Assembly: GCA_965202985.1 (NCBI GenBank)
Contig: CBDBCF010000002.1
Location: 672,001-736,000 of the forward strand
DNA length: 64,000 bases
Origin: Longimicrobiales bacterium
GTDB taxonomy: Bacteria > Gemmatimonadota > Gemmatimonadetes > Longimicrobiales > Gaopeijiaceae
Direction: 5' to 3'
In this document: piece after piece, positions 53,301 to 61,961 of the stretch
How positions within the stretch are numbered: the stretch's first letter is position 1
Layout: each line of letters begins with the position of its first letter
The notes under the pieces: model-generated
Seen by the model: only the letters and a program-made list of their open reading frames with translations
Told to the model about the DNA's origin: nothing
Databases searched by the model: none
Position numbers and translations under genes: made by a program

Positions 53301-53710
53301 CGCGCGAAGGGCACGGGCGGGGGCGGCGGGGAGAGGAGGGAGCGGTGCGGTTCGCGCAGCTGGGGCATGAGCCACAGGACGGTATCGGCGGCGGGTAGCG
53401 GGACTGGGGACGGGGCGGGCGCGGGGCGGGCGGGCGGAACCGGCGGCGCAGCGACGGCGGTGTCGGCGACGGCGGGCGACGGGGCGACGGGCAGGGGCGG
53501 TGCCGCGACAGAGGCGCTAGGAGGATGCGCCGCACTGGCGGGAGCGGTCGCGGGGGGCACCGCGGTGACGGCCACCAGGGCCAGAAGCGACGCCGTGGGG
53601 ACGGATCGGGCGCACCCGGCCCTCGAGCCCGAAGCGGCCCCGGACGACGAATCGGGAGTCGCCTCGAGGCCGCGACTCCGGGAGTCGGCGCCCGGCTCGC
53701 TACATTTCAC
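47360..53710 (-). CDS. sprA: SprA-like large outer-membrane protein (type IX translocon homologue)
   Basis: 2116 aa; Pro-rich linker; GTIADRVLVDVDYDQ..NIHYQG..LQRLEVGDVRF, RDVDYLIDYDVG, YVDDFDG, DSEDLDEDGNLD, GEVWVDELRL; beta-barrel-like C-terminus. Confidence 0.75.
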   Translation of the reverse strand: MKCSEPGADSRSRGLEATPDSSSGAASGSRAGCARSVPTASLLALVAVTAVPPATAPASAAHPPSASVAAPPLPVAPSPAVADTAVAAPPVPPARPAPAPSPVPLPAADTVLWLMPQLREPHRSLLSPPPPPVPFARIGTARIPATRLPGGAEPLGPGPRYPPYLAPLVQPADSTALALSPLGRPDWRRNPLLRIGALGRTLGPADIPPPGSPRSPARRAPEASRFRTEYADLGFSLRGSGQLGGDWTRFRPCDETVQVTCEVSLLPRLRPDIQFAATADGTIADRVLVDVDYDQTRAFSGANRFNIHYQGRPGEFLQRLEVGDVRFDLPPSRFLREGVPAGNFGFQAAFEAGPVTVQSVWAQQGGEITSRTFRLDGPGRGFARTDTLVLDDADYVDGQFFFLFDPAAFYAHPHLDVLSLSPSDAPAAVVPGPDPIQLYRSEIDLYAQQQVEGYIQADATAGEGEHAVTESAWFRYLRPGADYLVHPSGLWVALRTPLGPDEMLAVTYVAASGDTVGTYDPERIHRAGGRPRLRLLKASAAQHQPGRPTWRTEMHQVYRVSSSNDVDPGSVELVVSLGEASGGRTFARRPNGDDVTWLRFFGLDDEVPRDRLDPSHVYRPGLESLEDLPPVPGAFVIFPTLAPFAEPPPLRGLSLGAEEARRILGANRNQAIYRDPDPFERENGGVFRLNLSYEVRGAGPASSFALGAVGIREGTERVTLGDQVLVRDVDYLIDYDVGQLVLVNPDRLLAAHSDRVLQASWEQRSFFQVAPTSVLGLDARYELGEYGAVNLTGLYQAEDELVRRPQLGLEAGAVGLGSLNGVANFDAPVLARLLDAVPGLDPGDGAVVRLSGETAVSLPNPSVQGQVYVDDFDGQSARSLSLRDQDWRRGSRPASRDGAEQVLPPEMSPASLAALAWQHTWIDESAAGDSLGVFQGFNPSADIDQQIRITGSAVREPGLHVRFQPASGDRSGPGAWASITTVLSPTGSDLTKSDFVEFYVRDGDFLGLVLDVGVVSEDAFFADSTGAVNGVKPGSGVPWGLGTLDQEADPRRGEVWGNVADGRGVWDEDCFAERARVYRLGDPNANCTRGNGRPDSEDLDEDGNLDSLERYRRFVVPLDGSSPFLVRDRDETGTRFRLYRVPLRDPSGLDVGGTIGEAELRAVRHLRFTVTGRRRDSFVLARLGIVGSTWLKRYPGGVLTGLAGDTAALGGRVEVGPVSKLTADDAYVSPPGVVEQLDDPAAAFGGQGIEFNERSLALSFEDVPPGARVEVYNRFPQRPRDFLSYREARLWVAPVRGETGPNVAAWFFLKVGTDDRNFYLYRTRLPPSRAPGPLRQEDWLPEVVVEFEPWLELRRRAEEQLILEPRSARDPPLVIWSADSAYAVVLQDRGRAPNLASVREISLGVANETGSVASGEVWVDELRLARGLRDAGVVSAVDARVEGGEFLDARASYRSRGGFFRQLRGSPSFQNDQSVDLAATLQMGRFAPAGWGLEAPLVVAHQRESRAPVFLNRSDVRADRLAGLRTPGFGRTRLDFALRRRSPEGGGFWNALLGGFDVRAGWVRSSLQDITTESDGDGADLFAGYRAAPPRRDVPLFPGRAGEIVRALLPAFVEDRIAGARLRWTPESLAVETEYLSRDLHTTRFDRIIRTDADSAAVAKEAPRRVLTAVARIALRPVESVTAEADFVSGRDLLASHRLASGADVQALVEAERRRFAGIDWGWEVDRRLRTRLAYRPRLADWIRASVQANTDYVSERNPDLVGRRSGEGRARSDTARTLLRNVNGRRDLVAAFALDPGRLAGEGAERGPFARWWSDAMDPLSVTWSRGVASRFDRDPVDPGLLYELGWGGRERFMRIGADTAATLGERDRVQVRGGLRLPGSASVGLAYDRSLNETLDTRSDREVLRQVWPDVRAEIANLILPGWLSAAVERVSAGTGYRKERRALAFGAVARQDRTREDREVPMSLSLGFPRGFALTYRGRLGRGESSDPTGDTRRRANSHAFALSARLASPLPAFSRRGAPLRIVLDVGYTDEVQCRVAGVGIEGAAACVSFIDQLERAASVSVDSQVRDFQLGVRLRYLDRRSFVGRRAGTTQLQMNVFGHFLLTAGLIPGAS

Positions 53711-53792
53711 GAGGGTTCGACCATCCCGTGCTCATCCTGTGCTCCCGATCCCAGGCAACGCGAAAGGGCCTTCCGAGACGTCCAAAGGCACC

Positions 53793-55190
53793 ATGAAGAT
53801 CCTGACCCGGTACCTGATTCGGTCGCACTTGGGACCCTTCATGTTCTCCTTCACCGTTCTCACGGGACTGATCTTTGTCAACGAGTTCGCCCGGAAGTTG
53901 GACGACTTCGCGGGCAAGGGGCTCCCCCCGGAGGTGATCGGAGAAACGCTGCTGCTGGTGTTTCCGCACACCATCGCCATCACCCTGCCCATCGCCGTGT
54001 TGGTTGCCGTCCTGTATGCATACAGCGACCTCGCCGCTCGGAACGAGATCATCGCGATGGCCGCCGGCGGCGTGCGACCTCGGAGCCTCTTGGTTCCCGC
54101 GCTGCTCCTGGGCGCCGTCGTGGGCGCCACGACCTACGTCTTCAACGACCAAGTCCTCCCCGAGTCGAATCACAGGCTCAAGAACCTCCAGTACTCGATC
54201 CGCGAGAAGAGTCCCACCTTTCAGCTTCGGGAGCGGGTGGTCAATCGCATCGACGTTCAGGACGGCCGCGGTCCCTACTTTCTCCAGGCCGCTTCGATCG
54301 ACCCGGCTTCGTCGGAGCTGACCGACGTGGTCATCTACGACATGAGTCGCAACGACGGACTTCGGCGCACGACCTACGCTGCGCGAGGAACGGTGGCCCT
54401 CTACGACGACGCCACCGAACTGCGCCTGCGCCTCGAGGACGGGCGCGTCTACGAAGTGGGCGGAAACGAACGGGGCTCGTTCGAGCAGACCGAATTCGGA
54501 GAGCAGATGCACGTGCTCCGGGGCATCGCCAACCTCTTTGACGACACCGGCACCGACCACCGATCCGATCGCGAGATGTCCGTCGCGCAGCTGTTGGAGG
54601 CAACGTCGGTCAGCCGAGTTGCACTGGACTCGGTCCGCGCCGTTTCGCGCGACAGGACGCGGGGGGCCGTGGAGCGGGTTCTGGGCTTGGGGCTCGACGC
54701 CGACTCGACCCCCGTGGCCGCGCCGTCCGCGGGGATGCCGGGGGACGATGCGCGAACGTTGGCCTTGACCGCCGCCACCGCCGCCGCTCGCGCCGACAAC
54801 CTGGAACGGCGGACCGGCCAGTACCACGTCGAAGTTCACAAGAAGTTCGTGCTCGCGTCGGCCTGCATCGTCTTCGTCCTGTTCGGTGTGCCTGTGGCGG
54901 TGCGCTTCCCCCGGGGAGGCGTCAGCGTGGCCATCCTCGTGACCACGGTGGTCGTGTCAGTCTACCGGGTGGCCCTCGTCAACGGGGAGGACTTTGCGGA
55001 CCGAGGCGTGATCAATCCGTTCTGGTCGATGTGGACGGTCAACTTGGCCTTTGGCGCGGTTGGGCTCTTGCTGGTCCTGCGCATGGGACGCTGGATCGCG
55101 TCGCCGCGGGGCGACGGTGGGCAGGCGGTGGCCGACATGGTGCGAGATCGGCTTCGGGCGCTGCTAGGCGGCAAGCGACGGACCCCGTGA
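53793..55190 (+). CDS. lptF: LPS export permease, LptF-like
   Basis: MKILTRYL, NEIIAMAAGG, EVHKKFVLASAC; paired with a second permease. Confidence 0.85.
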   Translation: MKILTRYLIRSHLGPFMFSFTVLTGLIFVNEFARKLDDFAGKGLPPEVIGETLLLVFPHTIAITLPIAVLVAVLYAYSDLAARNEIIAMAAGGVRPRSLLVPALLLGAVVGATTYVFNDQVLPESNHRLKNLQYSIREKSPTFQLRERVVNRIDVQDGRGPYFLQAASIDPASSELTDVVIYDMSRNDGLRRTTYAARGTVALYDDATELRLRLEDGRVYEVGGNERGSFEQTEFGEQMHVLRGIANLFDDTGTDHRSDREMSVAQLLEATSVSRVALDSVRAVSRDRTRGAVERVLGLGLDADSTPVAAPSAGMPGDDARTLALTAATAAARADNLERRTGQYHVEVHKKFVLASACIVFVLFGVPVAVRFPRGGVSVAILVTTVVVSVYRVALVNGEDFADRGVINPFWSMWTVNLAFGAVGLLLVLRMGRWIASPRGDGGQAVADMVRDRLRALLGGKRRTP

Positions 55191-56254
55191 TCCGCACGCT
55201 GGACCGGATGGTGATCTCCACCTTCGGGAAGCTCTTCCTGGTATTCGTCGTTTGTGTGCCGGCGCTCATGATCGTGGGCGACTTGAGCGAGAAGCTGGAC
55301 CACTATCTGAACCGCGACCTGGGGATGGCCGAAATCGCCCTTGGGCATGTGTTTCAGTACCCCCACTTTATGGTATGGTCGGCGCCGCTGGCAGGGCTCA
55401 TCGCCGCCGTCTTTACCGTGCAGTCGATGACGATGCACCGCGAAGTCCAGGCGGCCAAGAGCGGGGGCGTGTCGTTTCATCGCCTGGTGGCGCCGATCTG
55501 GGGCGTCGGCGCCGTTCTCACGGTCGGCGCATGCCTCTTGGCCCTCCTGGTCCCCGCGGCCAACCGCAAGGCGGCCGAGACGCTGGGCGAACGAGAGGCG
55601 CGACGCGAGTGGCGCAGCGACTTCGTCTTTCAGACCGAGCACGGCGAGGCCTTGACGATCAGACAGCTGTACCTGGCGTCCCAGTCCATGGACGGACTGA
55701 TGATCGAGCAGCAAGACGAGGGCAACACGCTTCGCCACGTTTGGGCAAGGCAAGCGTTCTGGGAAGAAGACGGCGGATGGACTTTGCACGACGGCTACTT
55801 CCGCTTGGTTCAGCCTGGCGGCGCCGAAGTTACTTACGCCTTTGAGCGCTACAGGCCGGCAGGGTTGTCGGTGTCGCCCGAAGCCCTGCTGGAAGATCCC
55901 CGCGAGGACGAGGAGATGAGCTACCGGGAGCTGGGCAGGCAGGCCGCGATTGTGCATCGGTCCGGCGGCGACCCCCGCGGACTCCTGGTCGAGCAGCAGC
56001 AGAGGCTGGCGATCCCCGCGGCCACGCTGGTAATCGTGCTGTTCGGCGCGCCGCTGGCCACCACGGTCAAGAAGGGAGGCGTCGCCGTCGGCATCAGCTT
56101 TTCGCTGGTCTCCACGATCGTCTACTTGCTGCTGCTGCAACTCTTCGGCGCGATCGGCGCGACAGGCGGACTGTCGCCGTGGTGGGCGGCGTGGACCCCG
56201 AACCTAGTTTTCCTAGCCGCGGGGCTGGTCCTACAGGCTCGGGTTCGCACCTGA
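55187..56254 (+). CDS. lptG: LPS export permease, LptG-like
   Basis: IRTLDR, REVQAAKSGGVS, EEMSYREL, WAAWTPN; GTGA overlap with lptF. Confidence 0.85.
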   Translation: MIRTLDRMVISTFGKLFLVFVVCVPALMIVGDLSEKLDHYLNRDLGMAEIALGHVFQYPHFMVWSAPLAGLIAAVFTVQSMTMHREVQAAKSGGVSFHRLVAPIWGVGAVLTVGACLLALLVPAANRKAAETLGEREARREWRSDFVFQTEHGEALTIRQLYLASQSMDGLMIEQQDEGNTLRHVWARQAFWEEDGGWTLHDGYFRLVQPGGAEVTYAFERYRPAGLSVSPEALLEDPREDEEMSYRELGRQAAIVHRSGGDPRGLLVEQQQRLAIPAATLVIVLFGAPLATTVKKGGVAVGISFSLVSTIVYLLLLQLFGAIGATGGLSPWWAAWTPNLVFLAAGLVLQARVRT

Positions 56255-57145
56255 CGCTAGCTGGCCGAAGCACACGATTTCGACCGGTCCACGAAGGCGC
56301 ACCGTCCAGTCGTCCGCCACGTCCACCTCCATGGCGCCGCCCTCCATGACCACCCGGGCCGCGCCCGGCGGGGCCAGCCCAGTTCGAACCGCTGCCGCCG
56401 CGGCCGCGCACGCCGACGTCCCCGAAGACGTCGTCCGCCCCACGCCCCGCTCCCACACTCCCACGACGATCTCCCCACCTTCGGGGCGGCTCGCGAACTG
56501 CACGTTCGTGCCGTCCGGAAAGGCCGGGTGAACAGCCACCAGGGGTCCCAGCCGGTCCACGTCGTCGTCTGTCCACCCCTGCCCGAAGATCACCGCGTGC
56601 GGGTTGCCCACCGACACGCGAACCGCGTCCAGCACCGCGCCGCCCACCCGCAAGCGCAGCGGTTCGCCGTCCGGGAAGCGCACGCACCCCATCTCCGCGC
56701 GAACGTCGAACACCGCGCCAGAGGCGTCCGGCCCCGCAACGTCCAGGAGAACCACGTCCCCGCCGACCGAGACGGCCAGCGCGTGCGCCGACGCCGACGC
56801 TTGTCCCGGCGCCTGCCCTTCCCTCTGCTTCGGCGTCCGATACGCTGTCGGCCGCTCCCCTCGGCGCTCCGCACGCAACCGCAGGTAAACCCCCGCGACA
56901 CGGAGCCCGTTGCCGCTGCGCTCGAACTCGCCGCCGTCGGGGTTGAACATGCGCAACGGGATCGGCCGCTCGGGAGTGCCGTCCGCCGGCGATTGGCCCA
57001 CGACCACGATCCCGTCGGCGCCGACTCCTCGCCGACGGCGGCATATTCGCCGGATCGCATCCGGGTCCAGAACCAGACCCGGCCCCTCGGCGAAGACCAG
57101 GTAGTCGTTCCCGAGACCGTGGGCCTTGAAGAAGCGGGGAAACAC
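56231..57145 (-). CDS. dapF: Diaminopimelate epimerase-like protein with Ser/Ser active site
   Basis: FFKAHGLGNDY, GVGADG, MFNPDG, SGNG, VGNPHAV, FPDGTNVQF, WERGVG. Confidence 0.8.
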   Translation of the reverse strand: MFPRFFKAHGLGNDYLVFAEGPGLVLDPDAIRRICRRRRGVGADGIVVVGQSPADGTPERPIPLRMFNPDGGEFERSGNGLRVAGVYLRLRAERRGERPTAYRTPKQREGQAPGQASASAHALAVSVGGDVVLLDVAGPDASGAVFDVRAEMGCVRFPDGEPLRLRVGGAVLDAVRVSVGNPHAVIFGQGWTDDDVDRLGPLVAVHPAFPDGTNVQFASRPEGGEIVVGVWERGVGRTTSSGTSACAAAAAAVRTGLAPPGAARVVMEGGAMEVDVADDWTVRLRGPVEIVCFGQLASGANPSL

Positions 57146-57316
57146 GGTCGGGCGCGCGGCCGGCGGGGCAGGTTTTCGCAACTTTCGGGGCGCTCGTCTC
57201 GTCCAAGGGTTGTGGCCCGCCGGAAGGCGCGGGCCGGACCGGCGTCGGGCGATCCGGAATCTACGGCCTCGACGGCGGCGACTTGGACGATACACGGGAC
57301 AGGGGGAGGTGCGGGG

Positions 57317-60025
57317 ATGGACATATCGACGGATAGGTGTGCACGACTTCGGCAGGGGGCGCAGGCAGTGGTCGGGGCCGCGGCGGCGGCCTTGGCCTTG
57401 GCGGTTCCGGGCTTCGCTTGGAGCCAGGAGCAGGAAGGCGGCGGCGCGGACGGCGGGTCGGTCGGCGGGAGGGGGTCGGCGACGCCCCCGGCGGTGCAGG
57501 CCCTTCGCCTCAGCGGCGCGACGCCGGCGATCGACGGGCGCTTGGACGAGGCGGACTGGGACGCCGCCCCCGTGGCCCGCGACTTCACGGTCTTCGAGCC
57601 CAACGAGGGCGAGACGCCGTCCCAGCCCACGGAAGCGCGCGTGCTGTACGGCGACGAAGCCCTGTACGTGGGCATCCGGGCGTTCGACGCGGCGCCGGAT
57701 TCGATCGAGTCGCGGCTGGCCCGGCGCGACGAGCGGCCCCATTCGGACTGGCTGGAGGTGGTCGTCGACAGCTACCACGACCGACGCACGGCGTTCCGGT
57801 TCGCCGTGAACCCGGCAGGCGTGAAGGCCGACAGCTACATGTTCGACGACACCAACGAGGACGACTCGTGGGACGCCGTCTGGGACGTGGCGACGCGGAC
57901 GGACGACCAGGGCTGGACCGCCGAGTTTCGGATCCCCTACTCGCAGCTGCGCTTCGACGGGGCCGAACGCCAGACGTGGGGCATCAACTTCGCGCGCACG
58001 ATCGCCCGCCACCTGGAGATGAGCCTGTGGGCGCCGATCTCCAAGGGCGACGGCGCGATCGTGTCCCGCTTCGGCGACTTGGAGGGGCTGCGCAACTTGT
58101 CGCCCCCGACGCGCCTCGAGGTGCTTCCCTACTCGCTGGTGCGGCTGGAGAGCGCGCCCGGCAACGCCGACAACCCCTTCTACGACCCCCGCGACTACGG
58201 GGCGACGGTCGGGGGCGACGTGAAGTACGGGATCACAACCGACCTCACGCTCGACGTGACGCTGAACCCCGACTTCGGCCAAGTGGAAGCGGACCCGGCC
58301 GAAGTGAACCTGACCGCCTTCGAGACGTTCCTGCCAGAGCGGCGACCGTTCTTTGTGGAGGGCGCCAACATTTTTTCGTTCGGTATCTCCCCGGGCGACG
58401 GCGACGGCGCCAGCGAGGGCCTGTTCTACTCGCGGCGGATCGGCCGGTCGCCACAGGGGCGCGCACCCGGCGGCGTCTACTCGGAGACCCCCGACCGGAC
58501 GCGCATCCTAGGCGCCGCCAAGCTGTCCGGGAAGACCCGTTCGGGCTGGTCGCTGGGCCTGCTACACGCCGTCACGGCTCGGGAGGAAGCGGACTTGGCC
58601 GGGACCTCCGGTCCCATGGACCCCCAGGTGGTGGAGCCGTTCTCGCAGTACGGCGTGGGCCGGGTCAGCAAGGACTTCCGCGAGGGCAAGAGCGCGGTCG
58701 GCGCCATCTCGACCTGGACGGTGCGGGACGGGGCCAGCGCGGCGGCACTCGACCTTCACCGCAACGCCTACACCGCCGGCGTGGACGCGCGTCACCGATT
58801 CGGCGACGACCGCTTTCTACTGTCGGCCTACGTTCTGGGGTCCACGGTGCGCGGTTCCGCCGACGCCCTTGCCCGCACGCAGCGCTCCCCCGCCCGTTAC
58901 TTCCAGCGCCCCGACGCCGACCACACCGAGTTCGACCCTGGCCGCACGTCGCTTTCGGGCTGGGCGGCGTCCGCCGACTTCATGAAGATGTCGGGCGGCT
59001 ACTGGCGCTACGGCACGGGCATCGTGGCCCGCTCCCCGGGCTTCGAGCCCAACGACATGGGCTTCATGCGCGAGACCGACTTCGTGAGCCCGTGGATGTG
59101 GGCCGGGTACAACCGGTTCAAGCCCTCGAAACGGCTGCAACGGTGGAACGTCAACGTGAACGCTTGGACCGCCTACAGCTTCGGCGGCGAGCGCTACAAC
59201 GCCGGCGGCAACGTCAATGGCAACTTGACGTTCAAGAACTTCTGGGGCGGCTACCTGGGGGTCATGCGTAATGCGGGGGGCCTGACCAATACGCTCCTGC
59301 GAGGCGGCCCGATGTTCATGCGGGACCCGACCTGGGGCGGGTGGTTCGGCTTCTGGTCGGACTCCCGGAAGTCCTTGCAGGCGAACGTCAACAACAACTG
59401 GCAGGCGCGCCCCGAGAGCGGCTCGTGGAACTACTCCACCCGCCTCAGCCTGCGCTGGCGGCCGTCGGCGCGAGCCACCGTCTCCGCCGGCCCGTTCTTC
59501 AGCCTGCGCGCGGAGGACTTGCAGTGGGTCGGCCGATTCGACTCGGCGGACGACACCCGGTACCTGTTCGGGCGCATGGACCAAAGGACGGCTGGGATCA
59601 CGGCCAGAGCGGACTGGACCTTCTCGCCCACGCTGTCGCTGCAGCTCTACGCGCAGCCCTTCGTGTCCGCAGGCGACTACGACGAATTCAAGCGGATCAC
59701 CGACCCCCGTGCCGGCGCCTACGCGGACCGGTTCGTGGGGGTGCCGGCCACGGCAGCGGACGAAGGCGGGCTGGAAGGCGACATCGACGGCGACGGCGCG
59801 CTCAATTCGTTTCGCGATCCCGACTTCAACGTGAAGCAGTTTCGCTCCAACGTGGTGCTGAGGTGGGAATACCAGCCCGGATCGGCCTTGTTCCTGGTCT
59901 GGTCCCAGGGACGCGACCACTACGCCGGGAACGGCGACTTCTCCTTGGGCGGCGACCTGGACACGCTGCTCCGCCAACCCAGCGACAACGTGTTCATGAT
60001 CAAGGCGAGCTACTGGATCGGGTAG
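57317..60025 (+). CDS. CBM9-like plus DUF5916 outer-membrane beta-barrel protein
   Basis: IDGRLDEADW, GWTAEFRIPYSQLRF, TLNPDFGQVEADP, ERRPFFVEG, LFYSRRIG, NVVLRWEY. Confidence 0.88.
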   Translation: MDISTDRCARLRQGAQAVVGAAAAALALAVPGFAWSQEQEGGGADGGSVGGRGSATPPAVQALRLSGATPAIDGRLDEADWDAAPVARDFTVFEPNEGETPSQPTEARVLYGDEALYVGIRAFDAAPDSIESRLARRDERPHSDWLEVVVDSYHDRRTAFRFAVNPAGVKADSYMFDDTNEDDSWDAVWDVATRTDDQGWTAEFRIPYSQLRFDGAERQTWGINFARTIARHLEMSLWAPISKGDGAIVSRFGDLEGLRNLSPPTRLEVLPYSLVRLESAPGNADNPFYDPRDYGATVGGDVKYGITTDLTLDVTLNPDFGQVEADPAEVNLTAFETFLPERRPFFVEGANIFSFGISPGDGDGASEGLFYSRRIGRSPQGRAPGGVYSETPDRTRILGAAKLSGKTRSGWSLGLLHAVTAREEADLAGTSGPMDPQVVEPFSQYGVGRVSKDFREGKSAVGAISTWTVRDGASAAALDLHRNAYTAGVDARHRFGDDRFLLSAYVLGSTVRGSADALARTQRSPARYFQRPDADHTEFDPGRTSLSGWAASADFMKMSGGYWRYGTGIVARSPGFEPNDMGFMRETDFVSPWMWAGYNRFKPSKRLQRWNVNVNAWTAYSFGGERYNAGGNVNGNLTFKNFWGGYLGVMRNAGGLTNTLLRGGPMFMRDPTWGGWFGFWSDSRKSLQANVNNNWQARPESGSWNYSTRLSLRWRPSARATVSAGPFFSLRAEDLQWVGRFDSADDTRYLFGRMDQRTAGITARADWTFSPTLSLQLYAQPFVSAGDYDEFKRITDPRAGAYADRFVGVPATAADEGGLEGDIDGDGALNSFRDPDFNVKQFRSNVVLRWEYQPGSALFLVWSQGRDHYAGNGDFSLGGDLDTLLRQPSDNVFMIKASYWIG

Positions 60026-60083
60026 GCGGAACCACAAGCGGGGCGAGTGGAGCGCGCGGAGCCGAGAACGGCGCGCGGGCCAG

Positions 60084-60324
60084 AACGCCTTGCTTCCCAT
60101 CGGCGAGGCCAAATCTCCATCTCGCCCGATCGGCGAAGGCTGATCGCTACCTTCCACCATGTCTCGAAAGCCTTGGAGATCGAGATCGCCACCGGCAAGG
60201 TGCTGACCGAATTCACCAACGTGCACGACCTGACTCCCCTCGGCGACATCGCAGGAGACGCTCAAATCGTCTTGTTTCCGATGTCGGGACTTCGCTACGT
60301 CCTCGACCCGTAGGCGTCGGGACC
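60084..60324 (+). repeat. 241-bp direct-repeat copy (about 92% identical) of 63165-63405; 3' fragment of the arylsulfotransferase-like gene
   Basis: Manual gapless alignment at offset 3081 bp with 19 mismatches; includes the stop codon and downstream CGTCGGGACC. Confidence 0.9.
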
Positions 60325-60437
60325 GTCAGCGCCGGAGGATGCCCGCGTTGCACGCCGCCGATGTAGCCATTAGTACTTTGCTTGCGCATGTCCTGCTTCT
60401 GTCCACCCGTCAGTCAAGTCAAGCGAGAGATCAGCGA

Positions 60438-61961
60438 ATGACCCTCGACGCCCCCGGCGCGGCCGACTCCGGCCTCGAGGCCAGCTCCGGTTCGGGCACG
60501 GCCGCCCCCCGCTTCGTCGCCGTCGTCAAGGACGAGTGCGAGACATGCCGCTTGATTGCGCCCGTGTTGGGCGAAATGGCGGCGGCCGGACTCGACTTGG
60601 CGGTCTACTGGCAGGACGACGGAGCGTTCCTGGGCAACGGCGTCCCGGCGTTCGACGACCGCAACTTGGAGTACTCCTACCTGCTGGGCGTCGAGACCGT
60701 GCCCACGCTGATCGGGCTGAACAGCGCTATCACGAACGCGGATCGCGAGGGTGCCCGCGAGACCGGCCGCTGCGTGGGCTGGAACAAGGCCGAATGGCAA
60801 GCGCTTACCGGTTTGCGCGCGATGGGCGAAGACCTTCCTGCCCACCGGCCCGGTTGCGGCTCCCTATCGGTCGAGCCCGGCGCCGCCGAGGTGCTGCGCG
60901 CTCGCTTCGGCGAGACCGGCATCCGCGCCCGGAAGGTCGAGCTGGGGTCGTGGGCGGACCCGATCGAAGTCTGCTACGACCGGGGCTGGACCGACGGGCT
61001 CCCCGTGACGCCGCCGACGCCGGAGCGCATCTTGCGGATGCTGGCCGGCACGCGCCGCGATCCGTCGGAGGTCGTGGGGCGCATTCCCCCGGAGTTGGCG
61101 CCCTGCACCGTGGAAAAGGTGGCCGCCAACGCGGTCTTGGCGGGGTGTCGCCCGGAGTACATGCCCGTGGTGCTGGCGGCCTTGGAGGCGGCCCTCGACC
61201 CGGGCTTCACCCTGCACGGCGTGACGTGCAGCACGTGCTTCGCCAGCCCGGTCGTCGTGGTGAACGGCCCGGTCGCCCGGCGGATCGGCATGAACGCGGG
61301 CATCAACGCCCTGGGCCAGGGCAACCGCGCCAACGCCACGATCGGTCGGGCGCTCAACTTGGTTGTACGCAACGTAGGCGGCGGACGGCCCGGCGAGATC
61401 GACCGGGCAACGCTGGGGGCCCCCGGCAAGTACACCTTCTGCTTCGCCGAAGACGAGTCGGACCCGGAGTGGGAGCCCCTGTCGGCGTCTCGCGGCGCAA
61501 CTCCGGGCCGGAGCGCCGTCACGCTCTTCGCCGGAGACGGCATCCAGGGCGTCACCGACCAGCGCGCCCGGACGCCCGACGAACTCACGCGCTCGCTGGC
61601 GATGGCCCTGCTGGCCGTGGGCCACCCCAAGCTGTGCGAATGGGCACCGGCGATGCTGGTCCTGTCGCCCGAGCACTACCGCATCTATCGAGAAGCGGCC
61701 TGGGACCGGTCCCGAATCACCGCAGCCCTTCACGCGAGCTTGGCGCGACCCGGCGCAGGCGTGGTTGCCGGTGCCGGGGGCGTGGCCGAGGGGATGCCCG
61801 CTTCGCGCGTCGCCGACACGGTCCCCAAGTTCCAACCAGACGGCTTGCTTCTGGTCCGAGCCGGCGGCCCCGCGGGAATGTTCTCGGCCGTCCTGTCGGG
61901 ATGGCCCGGCGGCCGCGTGCACCAAGAATCCTACCCCGTCACGCGTGAGATCGGCGAGTGA
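60438..61961 (+). CDS. Thioredoxin-like (CxxC) domain fused to a conserved 'GWTDGLPVxPPT' domain
   Basis: VKDECETC, ETVPTL, HRPGCGS, GWTDGLPVTPPT, EKVAANAVLAGC, NRANATIGRALNL. Confidence 0.75.
   Translation: MTLDAPGAADSGLEASSGSGTAAPRFVAVVKDECETCRLIAPVLGEMAAAGLDLAVYWQDDGAFLGNGVPAFDDRNLEYSYLLGVETVPTLIGLNSAITNADREGARETGRCVGWNKAEWQALTGLRAMGEDLPAHRPGCGSLSVEPGAAEVLRARFGETGIRARKVELGSWADPIEVCYDRGWTDGLPVTPPTPERILRMLAGTRRDPSEVVGRIPPELAPCTVEKVAANAVLAGCRPEYMPVVLAALEAALDPGFTLHGVTCSTCFASPVVVVNGPVARRIGMNAGINALGQGNRANATIGRALNLVVRNVGGGRPGEIDRATLGAPGKYTFCFAEDESDPEWEPLSASRGATPGRSAVTLFAGDGIQGVTDQRARTPDELTRSLAMALLAVGHPKLCEWAPAMLVLSPEHYRIYREAAWDRSRITAALHASLARPGAGVVAGAGGVAEGMPASRVADTVPKFQPDGLLLVRAGGPAGMFSAVLSGWPGGRVHQESYPVTREIGE

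Noticed and set aside
61959..61961. Selenocysteine read-through of the Trx-like gene TGA
   Set aside because: The TGA is not in a redox motif, overlaps the next start codon, and no SECIS-like hairpin could be supported.
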